Program-made: the position numbers and the translations under genes
Shown here: positions 27,547 to 36,982 of the stretch, in pieces
Layout: every line of letters begins with the position of its first letter
How positions within the stretch are numbered: the first letter of the stretch is position 1
The notes under the pieces: model-generated
What the model was told of the DNA's origin: nothing
Database searches by the model: none
The model's input: the letters and a program-made list of their open reading frames with translations, nothing else
NCBI GenBank assembly: GCA_965223705.1
Contig: OZ245015.1
Location: 3,808,001 to 3,872,000 of the forward strand
Source: Myxococcota bacterium
GTDB lineage: Bacteria; Myxococcota_A; UBA9160; UBA6930
Direction of reading: 5' to 3'
Length of the DNA stretch: 64,000 bases

Positions 27547-28131
27547 ATGCCCGCCTCGCAGCCGAGCCGCGACGACTACGACGCAAGCGACGATCGCTAC
27601 TGGGTCGCACGGCTGCGCGAAGGCGACCGAGCCGCATTCAACGAACTCTACGACCGTTATTTCCACCGTGTGTACGGCTTCGTCGATCGCCGCCTTCGCC
27701 ACACCCAAGACACCGAAGAAACCGTGCAAGAAGTGTTTGCCGCGGCGTTCTCCTCAATCCACACCTACCGGGGAGAAGCACCGTTCGGCGCGTGGCTCTT
27801 CGGTCTGGCGCGTCGTGTGATCGCCGGCCGGTTTCGCAAACGCGAACGGCCGACCGTTTCCTTGGATGGGGGAGAACCCCTGACCTCCGATTTCCCGAGC
27901 TCTGCCCACAGCATCGCGCCCGGGCCGGACGAGGCCTACGAGTTCGGCGAGCGGATTCGCCGTATGCAAGCCGTGGTCGAAGACGATCTCAGCGACGAAC
28001 AGTGGGAGATCTTCTCGCTTCACCACCTGGAACGGTTCTCGGTCCGCGACCTCGCGAAGCGGTTCGAGAAAAGCGAGCAGGCGGTGAAGTCGCATCTCTA
28101 CCGCGTCCGGAAAGCCCTTCTCGCGCGTTAG
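27547..28131 (+). CDS. ECF RNA polymerase sigma factor
   Basis: AFNELYDRY, EETVQEVF, FGAWLFGLAR (region 2); LSDEQ...SVRDLA...AVKSHLYR (region 4). Confidence 0.9.
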   Translation: MPASQPSRDDYDASDDRYWVARLREGDRAAFNELYDRYFHRVYGFVDRRLRHTQDTEETVQEVFAAAFSSIHTYRGEAPFGAWLFGLARRVIAGRFRKRERPTVSLDGGEPLTSDFPSSAHSIAPGPDEAYEFGERIRRMQAVVEDDLSDEQWEIFSLHHLERFSVRDLAKRFEKSEQAVKSHLYRVRKALLAR

Positions 28132-28176
28132 CCCCGTCCTGTGGGCGCCCCCGGCCGCTCAGCTACCTTGCCCCTC

Positions 28177-28884
28177 GTGAGCGAAGAACTTCGAATGCCC
28201 TGGTTCGACCGTCTCGTCGATTCGGAGGGCACGACCCGACAAACCTTCGAGTGGAACAGCCGCGGCGGACGAGCGGTGGCCGACCTGATCTTGCCGATGG
28301 ACGCCGACAGGCCGCTACCGGTTGCGTTGTTGTGCGGCCCGGCCGGGCGAGCGCGCGACGATGCGTCTGTCACGAGAGACGCTCTCACCGTCGCACCGCT
28401 GGGCTACGCGGTGGTCGCGTTGGAACTGCCGCTCCACGGCGCGCGAGAGAACCCGAAGCTCTCTCCGCGCTTGCTTACGTCGCTCACGCCGGGCACGACG
28501 CGCAATCCGCTGGACGCCGAGCTATGGAGAGACCTCGCCAGGCAGACCCACTCGGACCTACGAGGTGCGCTCGACGTCTTGGCCGACCGACCGGAAGTCG
28601 ACACGACGAACGCATGCTGGATGGGCGTCGGTCTAGGCGCGGCCCTGGGTGCGGGGTTCGCTGCTGAAGACGAGCGCGTCCGGACGTGTGTGGTCGCCGA
28701 GTTGTCCGGTGGCGCTTACCCGGCGCCTATCGACCCGCTTGCGGCGGTTCGCGCGATGACGCCGCGACCTGTGCTCGTCTGCGGTGCCGAGCAGGCATTG
28801 GGCGATCACGTGACCTACACAGGTGAGAACACCCCACTGCGCGCTTCGGAGCCTGCTCTGCGGGCGTTTCTCGGCGGCAGCTAG
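28177..28884 (+). CDS. alpha/beta-hydrolase-fold protein lacking the nucleophile Ser
   Basis: GYAVVALELPLHGAR, DLRGALDVL..RPEVD; nucleophile elbow reads GVGLG. Confidence 0.65.
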   Translation: MSEELRMPWFDRLVDSEGTTRQTFEWNSRGGRAVADLILPMDADRPLPVALLCGPAGRARDDASVTRDALTVAPLGYAVVALELPLHGARENPKLSPRLLTSLTPGTTRNPLDAELWRDLARQTHSDLRGALDVLADRPEVDTTNACWMGVGLGAALGAGFAAEDERVRTCVVAELSGGAYPAPIDPLAAVRAMTPRPVLVCGAEQALGDHVTYTGENTPLRASEPALRAFLGGS

Positions 28885-28947
28885 GCTAACGGCTCTCCGC
28901 AGGAACGTCGGCGGCAACGAGCTAACGGCTCTCCGCAGGAACGTCGG
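28885..28947. repeat. 27-bp direct repeat duplicating the 3' end of the EI24/CysZ gene
   Basis: gctaacggctctccgcaggaacgtcgg at 28885-28911 and 28921-28947. Confidence 0.95.
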
Positions 28948-29716
28948 GCTGGCGGCGCAGCACGAACAAGGTGCCGGCCACGACCAGCACCGGCGCGATC
29001 ACGAGGTTGACGAGCGGGATGGCCGACAACATCACACAGGCGCCGCCGAGTCCCAGGGCTCCGCTGCGGTGGCTTCGCACCCAACGGGCCTTGGCGGGGA
29101 AATCGAGTTCGCGGCGATCCAGCGAGTGGGCCGAGTAGTCGAGGGTCGCGAACAACGCGGTGACGATGGCCAGCGCGAACGGCGACAGCCAGGACGCGAT
29201 CGGCAAGAGAAACGACAGGACGAGAATCGATCCCCAGACGACGAGCAAGATCGCGAGCCTCGCCAAGGCTTCGAGAATGGCTCGACCGCCGTCGCGCAGA
29301 AGGATCCATACACCGCCCGGCGGCTCTGGCACCGCCCCGGCGACGTGCCGCTCCACCGCGGCGGAAAGCGCATCGCGAAACGGCGCAGCGAGCGCACCGC
29401 CGAGAAGAAGCGCAAAGAGCGCCGTCACCCCGAAAAGCAGGACCACGGCCAACGCGGTCACGAGTGCGGTCGCGAGTCGCACGGGACCCACGTAGATCCA
29501 TTGCCACACTTTGTCGGCCTCGAGCGCCGGCAGTGTTCCGTGTACGACCGATGCGATGTCGGATCCGTAGATGATCGCCAGAACGCACACGATGCCCACG
29601 AGAAGAAGCGAGAGGAGCGCGGGATAGAACGCCAGACGGCGCAGATGCCGTTCGCTTCGAAGCAGCTGAAACGCTTCGATCGGGAGGGCCGCTGCCGCCA
29701 GCGCATCGCCTAGCAT
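28922..29716 (-). CDS. EI24/CysZ family membrane protein
   Basis: Hydrophobic; LAAPFRDALSAAVE, LDYS...R, IPLVNL..APVLVVAGT. Confidence 0.8.
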   Translation of the reverse strand: MLGDALAAAALPIEAFQLLRSERHLRRLAFYPALLSLLLVGIVCVLAIIYGSDIASVVHGTLPALEADKVWQWIYVGPVRLATALVTALAVVLLFGVTALFALLLGGALAAPFRDALSAAVERHVAGAVPEPPGGVWILLRDGGRAILEALARLAILLVVWGSILVLSFLLPIASWLSPFALAIVTALFATLDYSAHSLDRRELDFPAKARWVRSHRSGALGLGGACVMLSAIPLVNLVIAPVLVVAGTLFVLRRQPDVPAESR

Positions 29717-29726
29717 GAGTCGCCGG

Positions 29727-31073
29727 TCAAGAATCCGACGCCGCGCCGTCCATCCGCGCGAGCAAGCGATCGCGCTCGACTCTCATCCGCTCGGGATCTC
29801 GCGCTTCCAGGTTGAGGCGCAGCACGGGTTCCGTGTTGGACGGGCGCAGGTTGAACCACCAATCTTCGTAGCGGACGAGCAACCCGTCGAGTCGCGACAC
29901 TTCCGGCGCATCTCGGTGCTCCTCGGCGACGGCTTCGATGACGGCCTGGGGATCGTCGACGCTGCGATTGAGCTCCCCCGTCGCGCTGTATCGCCGCAGG
30001 GGGGCGATGAGCGAGGAGAGCGACGCTCCGCTTTCGAGGACATCGAGCAGACACACCACCGCGGCGACCGCATCGTCGGCGATCAGGCCGTTCGGAAAGC
30101 GGAAATAGAAGTGACCGGAGAGTTCCCCGGCGAACAGCGCACCGCTTTCCCGCATCTGCGCTTTGACGAAGGAATGCCCGACGCGACACATTTCGGCGAC
30201 GCCACCCGCCGCGCGAATTTCCTCGCCCGTCGCCCAGCTCGACCGGAGGTCGTAAAGCACGGTCTCGCCCGGACTCCGCGCCAGCAGCGCTCGTGCGAGA
30301 AGCCCGGTCGCGAGGTCACATGAGACGGCCTCGCCGTGTTCATCGACGAAAATCGCGCGATCCGCGTCTCCGTCGAACGCGACGCCGAGTTCGGCGCCCT
30401 CCGCAACGACCGCGCGCTGCAGGTCGACCAAATTCTCGGCGCGCAACGGATCCGCGGGATGGTTCGGGAACGTGCCGTCCGGCTCGTAGTAGAGACGCCG
30501 AACATCGAGGTCGAGACGCGCCAGGACCGGGTCGAGTGCGGCTGCCGCCATCCCGTTGCCCGCGTCGAAGACGATTCTCCGCCGCGTTCGCGGCGACGCG
30601 ATGGACAGCGCCTGATCGGCGTAGGTCTCCGCGACGTCTCGGTGGGCGACGGACCCGGCGGCGCGACCCGCGGGCGGATCGAGGTTCTCGTCCGCGAGCT
30701 TTTCGACCTCGCGCAGCCCACTCGCTTCGCCGATGGGAACCGCATTGGGGCCGCATATCTTGAACCCGTTGTACGCCGCAGGGTTGTGGGACGCGGTGAC
30801 CATGACGCCTCCCGCGGCACCGGTCGCGACCACGGCGTGGTACAGCATCGGCGTCGAGACCCAACCGATGTCGACGACGTCACGGCCCCATTCGGTGATG
30901 CCCCGCACCAAGGAGTCGCAGAGTTCGGGCGACGAGCTTCTCGCGTCGCGACCGATACACACCGGGCCGGCGTCCAAAAAACGAGCCACGGCCCGGCCGA
31001 TGCGGTGCGCGTCGGCGGCTCCGAGTTGTTCGGGAACCAGCCCTCGGATGTCATACGCTTTGAAAATGGTCAC
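29727..31073 (-). CDS. phosphomannomutase/phosphoglucomutase
   Basis: IFKAYDIRG, TASHNP, FDGDADR, GELSGH, LRPSNTEP. Confidence 0.95.
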   Translation of the reverse strand: MTIFKAYDIRGLVPEQLGAADAHRIGRAVARFLDAGPVCIGRDARSSSPELCDSLVRGITEWGRDVVDIGWVSTPMLYHAVVATGAAGGVMVTASHNPAAYNGFKICGPNAVPIGEASGLREVEKLADENLDPPAGRAAGSVAHRDVAETYADQALSIASPRTRRRIVFDAGNGMAAAALDPVLARLDLDVRRLYYEPDGTFPNHPADPLRAENLVDLQRAVVAEGAELGVAFDGDADRAIFVDEHGEAVSCDLATGLLARALLARSPGETVLYDLRSSWATGEEIRAAGGVAEMCRVGHSFVKAQMRESGALFAGELSGHFYFRFPNGLIADDAVAAVVCLLDVLESGASLSSLIAPLRRYSATGELNRSVDDPQAVIEAVAEEHRDAPEVSRLDGLLVRYEDWWFNLRPSNTEPVLRLNLEARDPERMRVERDRLLARMDGAASDS

Positions 31074-31183
31074 GTCCGGGAGGGTACCGGACCCCTTGGG
31101 GGTCGTCGCTTGACCGGAATAAGCGGTGGGGCGACTCTTCGCGAGCAACGAGAGGCGGCCGACGAGCCGACGGAGGAAGCACA

Positions 31184-31375
31184 GTGTTTGGTTTGGGACT
31201 TCCCGAAGTCGCGCTCATTCTCGGCATCTTGGTGCTGATCTTCGGCGCCAGGCGCCTCCCCGAAATCGGGTCGGGCATGGGCAAGGCCATCAAGAACTTC
31301 AAAGCCGGCGTCTCGGGCAAAGACGAGATCGACGTCACACCGAAGCCGGGCGACAACGACGCCCCGAAGAGCTAG
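31184..31375 (+). CDS. tatA: twin-arginine translocase TatA
   Basis: FGLGLPE...LIFGARRLPEIGSGMGKAIKNFK. Confidence 0.95.
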   Translation: MFGLGLPEVALILGILVLIFGARRLPEIGSGMGKAIKNFKAGVSGKDEIDVTPKPGDNDAPKS

Positions 31376-32514
31376 CCGGCGGCGGGAGTTCCGCCCGACG
31401 GGTCCTCGTCGAGTGTCGGAACCTCCGGAGTGACTTCGGGATCGGGTGGTGGCGGCGGCAGGGGATCCAGCGCGAAGCGAAGCCCCACCGCGTCCGGCAA
31501 GGCCTGCTGAAAGAAGCCGCGAACGGCGACGCGCTCGGAGGGTCTGAAGGTGCGGCGCCCGAGGTCGAGAGCCTGCCCCTCGACGTGACTCGCGTAGGCC
31601 ACGGGCTCGACCTGGCGAAGGTCCGCCGAGTCGTGGCGTGTCATTGCGGCGCTCGCCACAACGGTCCCCATCGCATCGACGACCTCGGCCCGCAGGACGC
31701 CGTCGAGCGTCGAGCCGCGTCCGGATTCGTTGCGCAGTTCGGCCGTCACGACGAAGGTGGGCCCTTTCCACAGGTTTTCGCTGCGAACGCCCTGGACCGA
31801 GGCGATCGTCACGTCACCGAATCGAAACTCGGGAATTTGTGTGTCTGGCGTGAGGTTGAACTGAACCCGTGGGTCGATACCGCCGCCGAGGGGCAAGGCT
31901 TGCCACACGGCGAACGCGGCGATCAAAGTCACCGCGAGCCAACTCACCACAGCTCCAACCGCCGCTACGGGTTTCCCACGATCGACGACGGGGACGTCCG
32001 CGCCGACCAAGGGACCGGGAGCCGGCGCGTGCTCCGCCGCCTCCTCCTCGTCGACGAAATCGGGGTCGAGGGCCTCTTCCGCCGCGGCGATCTCATCTTC
32101 CGCCAAGGGAGCGGCGTCGAGCGGCGCCGCCGTATCGGGAGCTTCTCCGACGAGGTCCCAACTTTCCGGATTGCCCAGATCGTCGAGGAAGCTCGGCGGC
32201 GGCGCCCCGTCCGCGGCCTCGCGATCGATCCCCGGCTCATCCTCGGGATCGATGTTGAACTGCCAGTCCTGCTCACCCGGCTCGGTGGACTCCGCCGGCG
32301 CGGGAAGATCCTCCGCTGCCTCGGGAGCAAACTGCCCGCCGGTTTCGGCGGTCTCGGCCGCGATGGCGTGGAGTGCCTGGTCTTCCGTGACTCCCTCGCG
32401 GCGGGCCTGGAAGGTGTGTTTGCACTTCGAACAACGAACGCGCACGCCTTTGTCCGGAATGCGTGAGTCGTCGAGGTGAAAGCGCGTTTCGCAACGTTCG
32501 CAAGCGATGATCAA
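31372..32514 (-). CDS. MJ0042-type zinc-ribbon membrane protein with acidic linker and DUF3426-like C-terminal domain
   Basis: TTG start after SD GAGGAG; CERCETRF...VRVRCSKCKHTF; acidic low-complexity linker; single TM. Confidence 0.8.
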   Translation of the reverse strand: MIIACERCETRFHLDDSRIPDKGVRVRCSKCKHTFQARREGVTEDQALHAIAAETAETGGQFAPEAAEDLPAPAESTEPGEQDWQFNIDPEDEPGIDREAADGAPPPSFLDDLGNPESWDLVGEAPDTAAPLDAAPLAEDEIAAAEEALDPDFVDEEEAAEHAPAPGPLVGADVPVVDRGKPVAAVGAVVSWLAVTLIAAFAVWQALPLGGGIDPRVQFNLTPDTQIPEFRFGDVTIASVQGVRSENLWKGPTFVVTAELRNESGRGSTLDGVLRAEVVDAMGTVVASAAMTRHDSADLRQVEPVAYASHVEGQALDLGRRTFRPSERVAVRGFFQQALPDAVGLRFALDPLPPPPPDPEVTPEVPTLDEDPSGGTPAAG

Positions 32515-32674
32515 CGATCCACTCCTCAAGCCCGTGGCCCACCGTTTCCTTCGGAGTCCACGGCTTGTTGCTTGAGAGTGATAGTTCCCGCGGGGGACCG
32601 TTCTCGGCCCCCGGCCCCGAAAGTGACGCGTAGCGTTACACGGGTATGCTAGAGAGGGGTTTGGGAACCGTGTT

Positions 32675-33220
32675 ATGGCCATCCTGATCAAGCGATACGC
32701 GAATCGAAAGCTCTACAACACCGACACGAGTCGGTACATCACCTTGAAGGGCATCGCGGAGCTCCTCGAAGAGGGCCACGACGTACGCGTCGTCGACAAC
32801 GAATCCGGTGAAGACATCACCGGGGTCACGCTTTCTCAGATCCTTGTCGACACGGAGCGCGGCGGCCGAGAAGTTTCGGGCAACCTCCTGTCGGGGATTT
32901 TCCAACGCGGCGGTGACGTTCTGTACAGCGCCATTCGCCGAGGCGTCGGTGACGCCGGCGAAAGCCTCGACGAAATCCAACGCAGCGTGCGCAGACTCGT
33001 TCAGGGTGAGAACGGCGGCGCGAGTGATTGGGTCGCGTTTTCGCCGAAAGATCTCGATCGCGTCTTGCAAGGGGCCGTCGAGCGGGTGTTCGCCGTGCTC
33101 GACCTTCCGCGGCGCTCCGACATCGAGACCCTGAACGACAAGTTGACCGATCTCGCGGACAAACTCGCGGCCCTCGAAACGGCGCGCGAAACCGAGAAGA
33201 ACACGCCCGAGAGCGACTAG
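32675..33220 (+). CDS. PhaR-like polyhydroxyalkanoate synthesis regulator DNA-binding protein with phasin-like C terminus
   Basis: IKRYANRKLYNTDTSRYITL, VVDNESGEDIT..TLSQI; C-terminal LDLPRRSDIETL coiled coil. Confidence 0.85.
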   Translation: MAILIKRYANRKLYNTDTSRYITLKGIAELLEEGHDVRVVDNESGEDITGVTLSQILVDTERGGREVSGNLLSGIFQRGGDVLYSAIRRGVGDAGESLDEIQRSVRRLVQGENGGASDWVAFSPKDLDRVLQGAVERVFAVLDLPRRSDIETLNDKLTDLADKLAALETARETEKNTPESD

Positions 33221-34134
33221 TCGCGCGCGAGGCGGTCGACGCGTCGCTGAAGGGTCCGCCGCAGGGCTTCCGTCTGCTCGACGACGAGCAGCTCATCAGA
33301 ACTCCCTGGGCGCGGTTCTTCGGGCAACGCGAACGGTTCTCCAAATTCGATGTGCCATTTCGACGGAAGGGGAATCGCGCCCAATGCACCCAACCATGGA
33401 AAGGTCGGTGTTACCGGGAACAGCGGGACGCCCAACCAACGGGCGACGAGGTCAGAGCGCGTCAGGATCGGGTAGATCTTCTCCGCGCCGACGATCGCCA
33501 TCGGAATAATGGGAACCCGCGATTCGCGCGCCAGCCGCACCACACCTCCGCGACCGAACCGACGCAGGCGATAGCGATCCCGGTACAGCTTTGTGGCCCC
33601 CTTTGCACCTTCGGGGAACGCGATGACACTGCGTCCGGTCGCGAGCAACCGACTCGCGTTCTCGGGACAGGCGCGAACACCGCCGACGCGCGCGAGAAAC
33701 GGTTGGGCAAAGGGTTGTGTCACCAGCCAGTCGGCGACGAGGAAACGGGGACGTCCAAGCGTCGGGCGCGCCTCTTCGATCAGTTGCGCGCTCATCAAAC
33801 CGTCGAACGGCAGGAGTCCGGAGCGGTTCGCAACGAACAAGAGAGGTCCCTCCGTTGGGATCCGTTCCGAACCGTGTACTTCGATGCGCCAATAGTGCTG
33901 CCGGAGCAACGCGAGGTAGCGGCGGCTCCGCTCGACGACGACGGAGTCGAGCCCGAAATCATCGACTTCGCCGGAGCGTTCTCTCATCCCGAGGGTTTGC
34001 ACGCGTCGGCGCACGGCGTCGAACAGTGTCTCGAGGTCCGGCGCTTCGCGTCGGCGGTCGAGTTGCCGGCGCACTTCGGCGTGAAGGGCAGTCAACGCCT
34101 CGTCGAATTGTCGCTGTGCCGTGCCTTCGCCCAT
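33217..34134 (-). CDS. lysophospholipid acyltransferase family protein
   Basis: VDDFGLD, VANRSGLLPFD, FPEG, PIIP..IVGAE, PLPSKW.IEFGEP. Confidence 0.88.
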   Translation of the reverse strand: MGEGTAQRQFDEALTALHAEVRRQLDRRREAPDLETLFDAVRRRVQTLGMRERSGEVDDFGLDSVVVERSRRYLALLRQHYWRIEVHGSERIPTEGPLLFVANRSGLLPFDGLMSAQLIEEARPTLGRPRFLVADWLVTQPFAQPFLARVGGVRACPENASRLLATGRSVIAFPEGAKGATKLYRDRYRLRRFGRGGVVRLARESRVPIIPMAIVGAEKIYPILTRSDLVARWLGVPLFPVTPTFPWLGALGAIPLPSKWHIEFGEPFALPEEPRPGSSDELLVVEQTEALRRTLQRRVDRLARD

Positions 34135-34140
34135 TTCTCC

Positions 34141-35112
34141 CTACCGATAGCGACGCAATCGCTGTTCGGAAACAAACGCCATCCACGCTTCACGCGTCGT
34201 GTAGTGCGGTTCACCGAACTCTTCGAACATGCGTTCGCCGGCCGCGACCCACAGATAGCGGAGGTAGTCGAAAAAGCCTTCGGGCCGACCGCTTCCCGGT
34301 CCGCCCGGAGCGAAGCGGTCGAGAACGAAGCGCGGCAGGGGAACGGGGGACTTGCCCGCAACCCGCAACAGTGTCGTCAAAGGCAACACGCCGGCTCCGA
34401 CGACGTTGAAGATCCCTCGGTGGTCGTCTGCGAGCGCCGCGAGAAACACCGCCAGTGCGTCGTCTTCGTGGACAAACTGAAGCAGGGGGTCGTAACCGAG
34501 GGCTACGGGGACGCGCCGGCGGGAAAAGTACCGGGGAATCCATCCACGTACGTTCGCACCCATCATCCAGCAAGTCCGGAGCACGCTGACACCGACGGCG
34601 GGATTTCGCGAAGCGAACTCGGCGACGAGGGCTTCTGCTTCGACGCGGTTGCAGACGTTGTGCGCCGCGGGGTGTCCGCGCAGCGGCTGTTTCTCGTCGA
34701 GGTAGTTCGGGTTGTCGGGCTTCGGCCCGTAGAGCATCGTGCTCGACGCGACGACCAGACGCTGGATCTTCGAGGCTTCACAAGCGTGAAGCAGATGCAT
34801 GGTACCGATCGTCTCGAATTCGTGGTCGGCTTCGGGGTCGCGCCCGGGCTCCCGCCGGAACGCCGTGTGAAGTACCGCCTCCACCTTCTCTTCCCGCAGA
34901 ATTTCCGCGAGCGCGCTGCCCGCGGTGGGCTCGCTGAGATCGATGCGTCGGAGCTCGAGATCGGGTCCTGCGAACTGCGGTCGACTCAAGTCGAGGCCCA
35001 CCACGCGAACCCCGCTGACGCAGAGCGCCTCGGCGGCGCGACGCCCGATAGCGGTCCGGAGCCCGGTGATCGCCACGGTGGCGGGCGCGCTGCTAGCCCA
35101 GGAAGCCGTCAT
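34141..35112 (-). CDS. atypical NAD-dependent epimerase/SDR
   Basis: Rossmann start AITGLRTAIG, TIGTMHLL, SSTMLYG, GYDPLLQFVHEDD; start may be 35121. Confidence 0.82.
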   Translation of the reverse strand: MTASWASSAPATVAITGLRTAIGRRAAEALCVSGVRVVGLDLSRPQFAGPDLELRRIDLSEPTAGSALAEILREEKVEAVLHTAFRREPGRDPEADHEFETIGTMHLLHACEASKIQRLVVASSTMLYGPKPDNPNYLDEKQPLRGHPAAHNVCNRVEAEALVAEFASRNPAVGVSVLRTCWMMGANVRGWIPRYFSRRRVPVALGYDPLLQFVHEDDALAVFLAALADDHRGIFNVVGAGVLPLTTLLRVAGKSPVPLPRFVLDRFAPGGPGSGRPEGFFDYLRYLWVAAGERMFEEFGEPHYTTREAWMAFVSEQRLRRYR

Positions 35113-35147
35113 GAACGCCACCCCGTTCGGCGGTACGCTTTCGCGTC

Positions 35148-36218
35148 ATGACCGTATCCGCTTCGGACGTTCCGAGACGCGTCGGATGGGTGTACGACAC
35201 GTGTTTTTCCGCGCACCGTGGGCCTGTGAGCCACCCCGAGCGCCCCGCGCGTTTGGACGCCGTCGCAGCCGCCGCGAGCGCGTTCCAAGCAGGGCTTCTC
35301 CCGAGGCCACTCCGCGAAGCGACCGATGGGGAATTGCGCAGGATCCACACGTCGTCTCATCTCGAGCGCCTGGCTTCGGGATGCGAGCGGGCCCCCGCGC
35401 AACTGGATGCCGATACGTACCTCGCACCGGAGAGTTTTTCGGTCGCCCGCTTGGCGACGGGCGGATTGATCGATCTGTGTTCGAACGTTGCGCGCGGCCA
35501 ACTGGACTGTGGCGTTGCGGCGATCCGCCCTCCCGGCCACCACGCCGAGGCCGACCGGGCGATGGGCTTCTGCCTCATCAACCAGGTCGCGGTGGCCGCC
35601 AGCTCGCTGCGCGCGCAACAACTCGCCGAACGAATCCTGATCATCGATTGGGACGTGCACCATGGGAATGGGACGCAGCATAGCTTTGAGAACGATCCCG
35701 ACGTGCTCTACGCCTCGACGCACCAATATCCCTACTACCCAGGGACGGGGGCCGCGACGGAAGTCGGTGCCGGCCGGGGCGTCGGCGCGACATTGAACGT
35801 TCCGCTCGCCGCAGGTGCGGGCGACTCCGAATACACCTGCGTCTTCGAAAGACTGATCGCGCCGGCCGCGCGCGCCTTTCGGCCGGATTTCATCCTCGTT
35901 TCGACGGGTTTCGACCCCCATCGCGACGACCCGCTGGCGGATATGCGGGTCACGGAAGAAGGCTTTCGGGCGATGGCGGGCGTGGTCCGCGGGCTGGCGG
36001 ACACCCTGTGCGGCGGAAAGCTCGTCTTCGCCCTCGAAGGCGGCTACTCGCCGAGCGGCCTCGCGGCGGGCACTCGCGCCGTACTGCGTGCGGCGCTGGC
36101 GGATCGTGACGACGAGGTCTCATGGGCCTCGGACCCACCCAACCCCCGGATCCTCGCCCTCATCGAGGAAATTCGGGGTATTCACGGCCGACGGGTTCCG
36201 GATCTCGGCGCTCGCTAG
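35148..36218 (+). CDS. histone deacetylase family protein
   Basis: HPERP, RPPGHHA, GFC..N, DWDVHHGNGTQ, GFD.H.DDP, LEGGY. Confidence 0.95.
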   Translation: MTVSASDVPRRVGWVYDTCFSAHRGPVSHPERPARLDAVAAAASAFQAGLLPRPLREATDGELRRIHTSSHLERLASGCERAPAQLDADTYLAPESFSVARLATGGLIDLCSNVARGQLDCGVAAIRPPGHHAEADRAMGFCLINQVAVAASSLRAQQLAERILIIDWDVHHGNGTQHSFENDPDVLYASTHQYPYYPGTGAATEVGAGRGVGATLNVPLAAGAGDSEYTCVFERLIAPAARAFRPDFILVSTGFDPHRDDPLADMRVTEEGFRAMAGVVRGLADTLCGGKLVFALEGGYSPSGLAAGTRAVLRAALADRDDEVSWASDPPNPRILALIEEIRGIHGRRVPDLGAR

Positions 36219-36280
36219 ACGGACGACGCGCAGAAAACCTCCGTGGGCTTTCGCAGTAGCTTCGCCAGGCCCGCGAAGCG

Positions 36281-36328
36281 CCCCCGGATATTGTGGCTCC
36301 TTTTTCGTCTGAACCCTATATCTTGTGT
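36281..36328. promoter_or_regulatory. tandem NrdR-box-like operators
   Basis: cccccggatattgtgg (36281-36296) and accctatatcttgtgt (36313-36328), 32 bp apart; consensus acaCwAtATaTwGtgt. Confidence 0.6.
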
Positions 36329-36410
36329 CGTGCTCTAGAGCGAAAAAAAACTTTGTTTTCGCGACTTTACGGCTTGTTTTTCCAGTCGGTGCCGGGTAGA
36401 ACAGGGGCGT

Positions 36411-36438
36411 TAGGTGGGGTCAGGTGGGATCAGGTGTT
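36411..36438 (+). promoter_or_regulatory. MraZ-binding direct repeats
   Basis: aggtgggg / aggtggga / aggtgtta with 10-bp period (GTGGG at 36414 and 36424, GTG at 36434) upstream of mraZ. Confidence 0.75.
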
Positions 36439-36521
36439 AACCGGGTCGTCCCGCCAAACGCCTTGGGGTGAGAAAAAAGCCGGTGCCCCGTTGATCCGGC
36501 TGGTTGGCGAGCTCCTCTGCG

Positions 36522-36968
36522 ATGGCAAAAGGTCGACACGATCACACCCTCGACGCGAAAGGTCGCGTCAGCATCCCGGCGGGGTTCCGAGTGGAACTCG
36601 ACGATCCAGACGGTAGGCCGCCGGTGATGACGCGCCTCGTCGACCGACCCGCCCTGGGAATTTTTCCAGCCAAGCGCTGGGCCGAGATCGAGGCACGACT
36701 GGACAAGATGTCAACCGTTCAACCGAAAGTCCAGACCGTACGCCGGCTCCTCGTGGGCCATGCGGTGGACTGCCCGATCGACAAGAACGGTCGGATTTCG
36801 GTGCCTCAGCCCTTGCGCGAAGTGGCATCGCTCAAGCGCGACGTCGTTCTGCTCGGAACGGGTCGTTGCATCGAGCTTTGGGATCGCGCCGCGCTCGACG
36901 CGGTTTTGGATGTGCCCCAGGACGAGGCCGAAGACATTGCTTCGGTCGCGGCCGAGGCCGGTTTCTAA
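36522..36968 (+). CDS. mraZ: division/cell wall cluster transcriptional regulator MraZ
   Basis: Two DxxxR motifs LDAKGR and IDKNGR; IELWD; first gene of dcw. Confidence 0.93.
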   Translation: MAKGRHDHTLDAKGRVSIPAGFRVELDDPDGRPPVMTRLVDRPALGIFPAKRWAEIEARLDKMSTVQPKVQTVRRLLVGHAVDCPIDKNGRISVPQPLREVASLKRDVVLLGTGRCIELWDRAALDAVLDVPQDEAEDIASVAAEAGF

Positions 36969-36982
36969 GAGGTTGGACATTT

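Noticed and set aside
28885..28947. Possible mini-CRISPR array
   Set aside because: Only two repeats with a 9-nt spacer, one copy is coding sequence, and there are no cas genes.
33028..35151. 707-aa plus-strand ORF
   Set aside because: Antisense to the well-supported acyltransferase and SDR genes.
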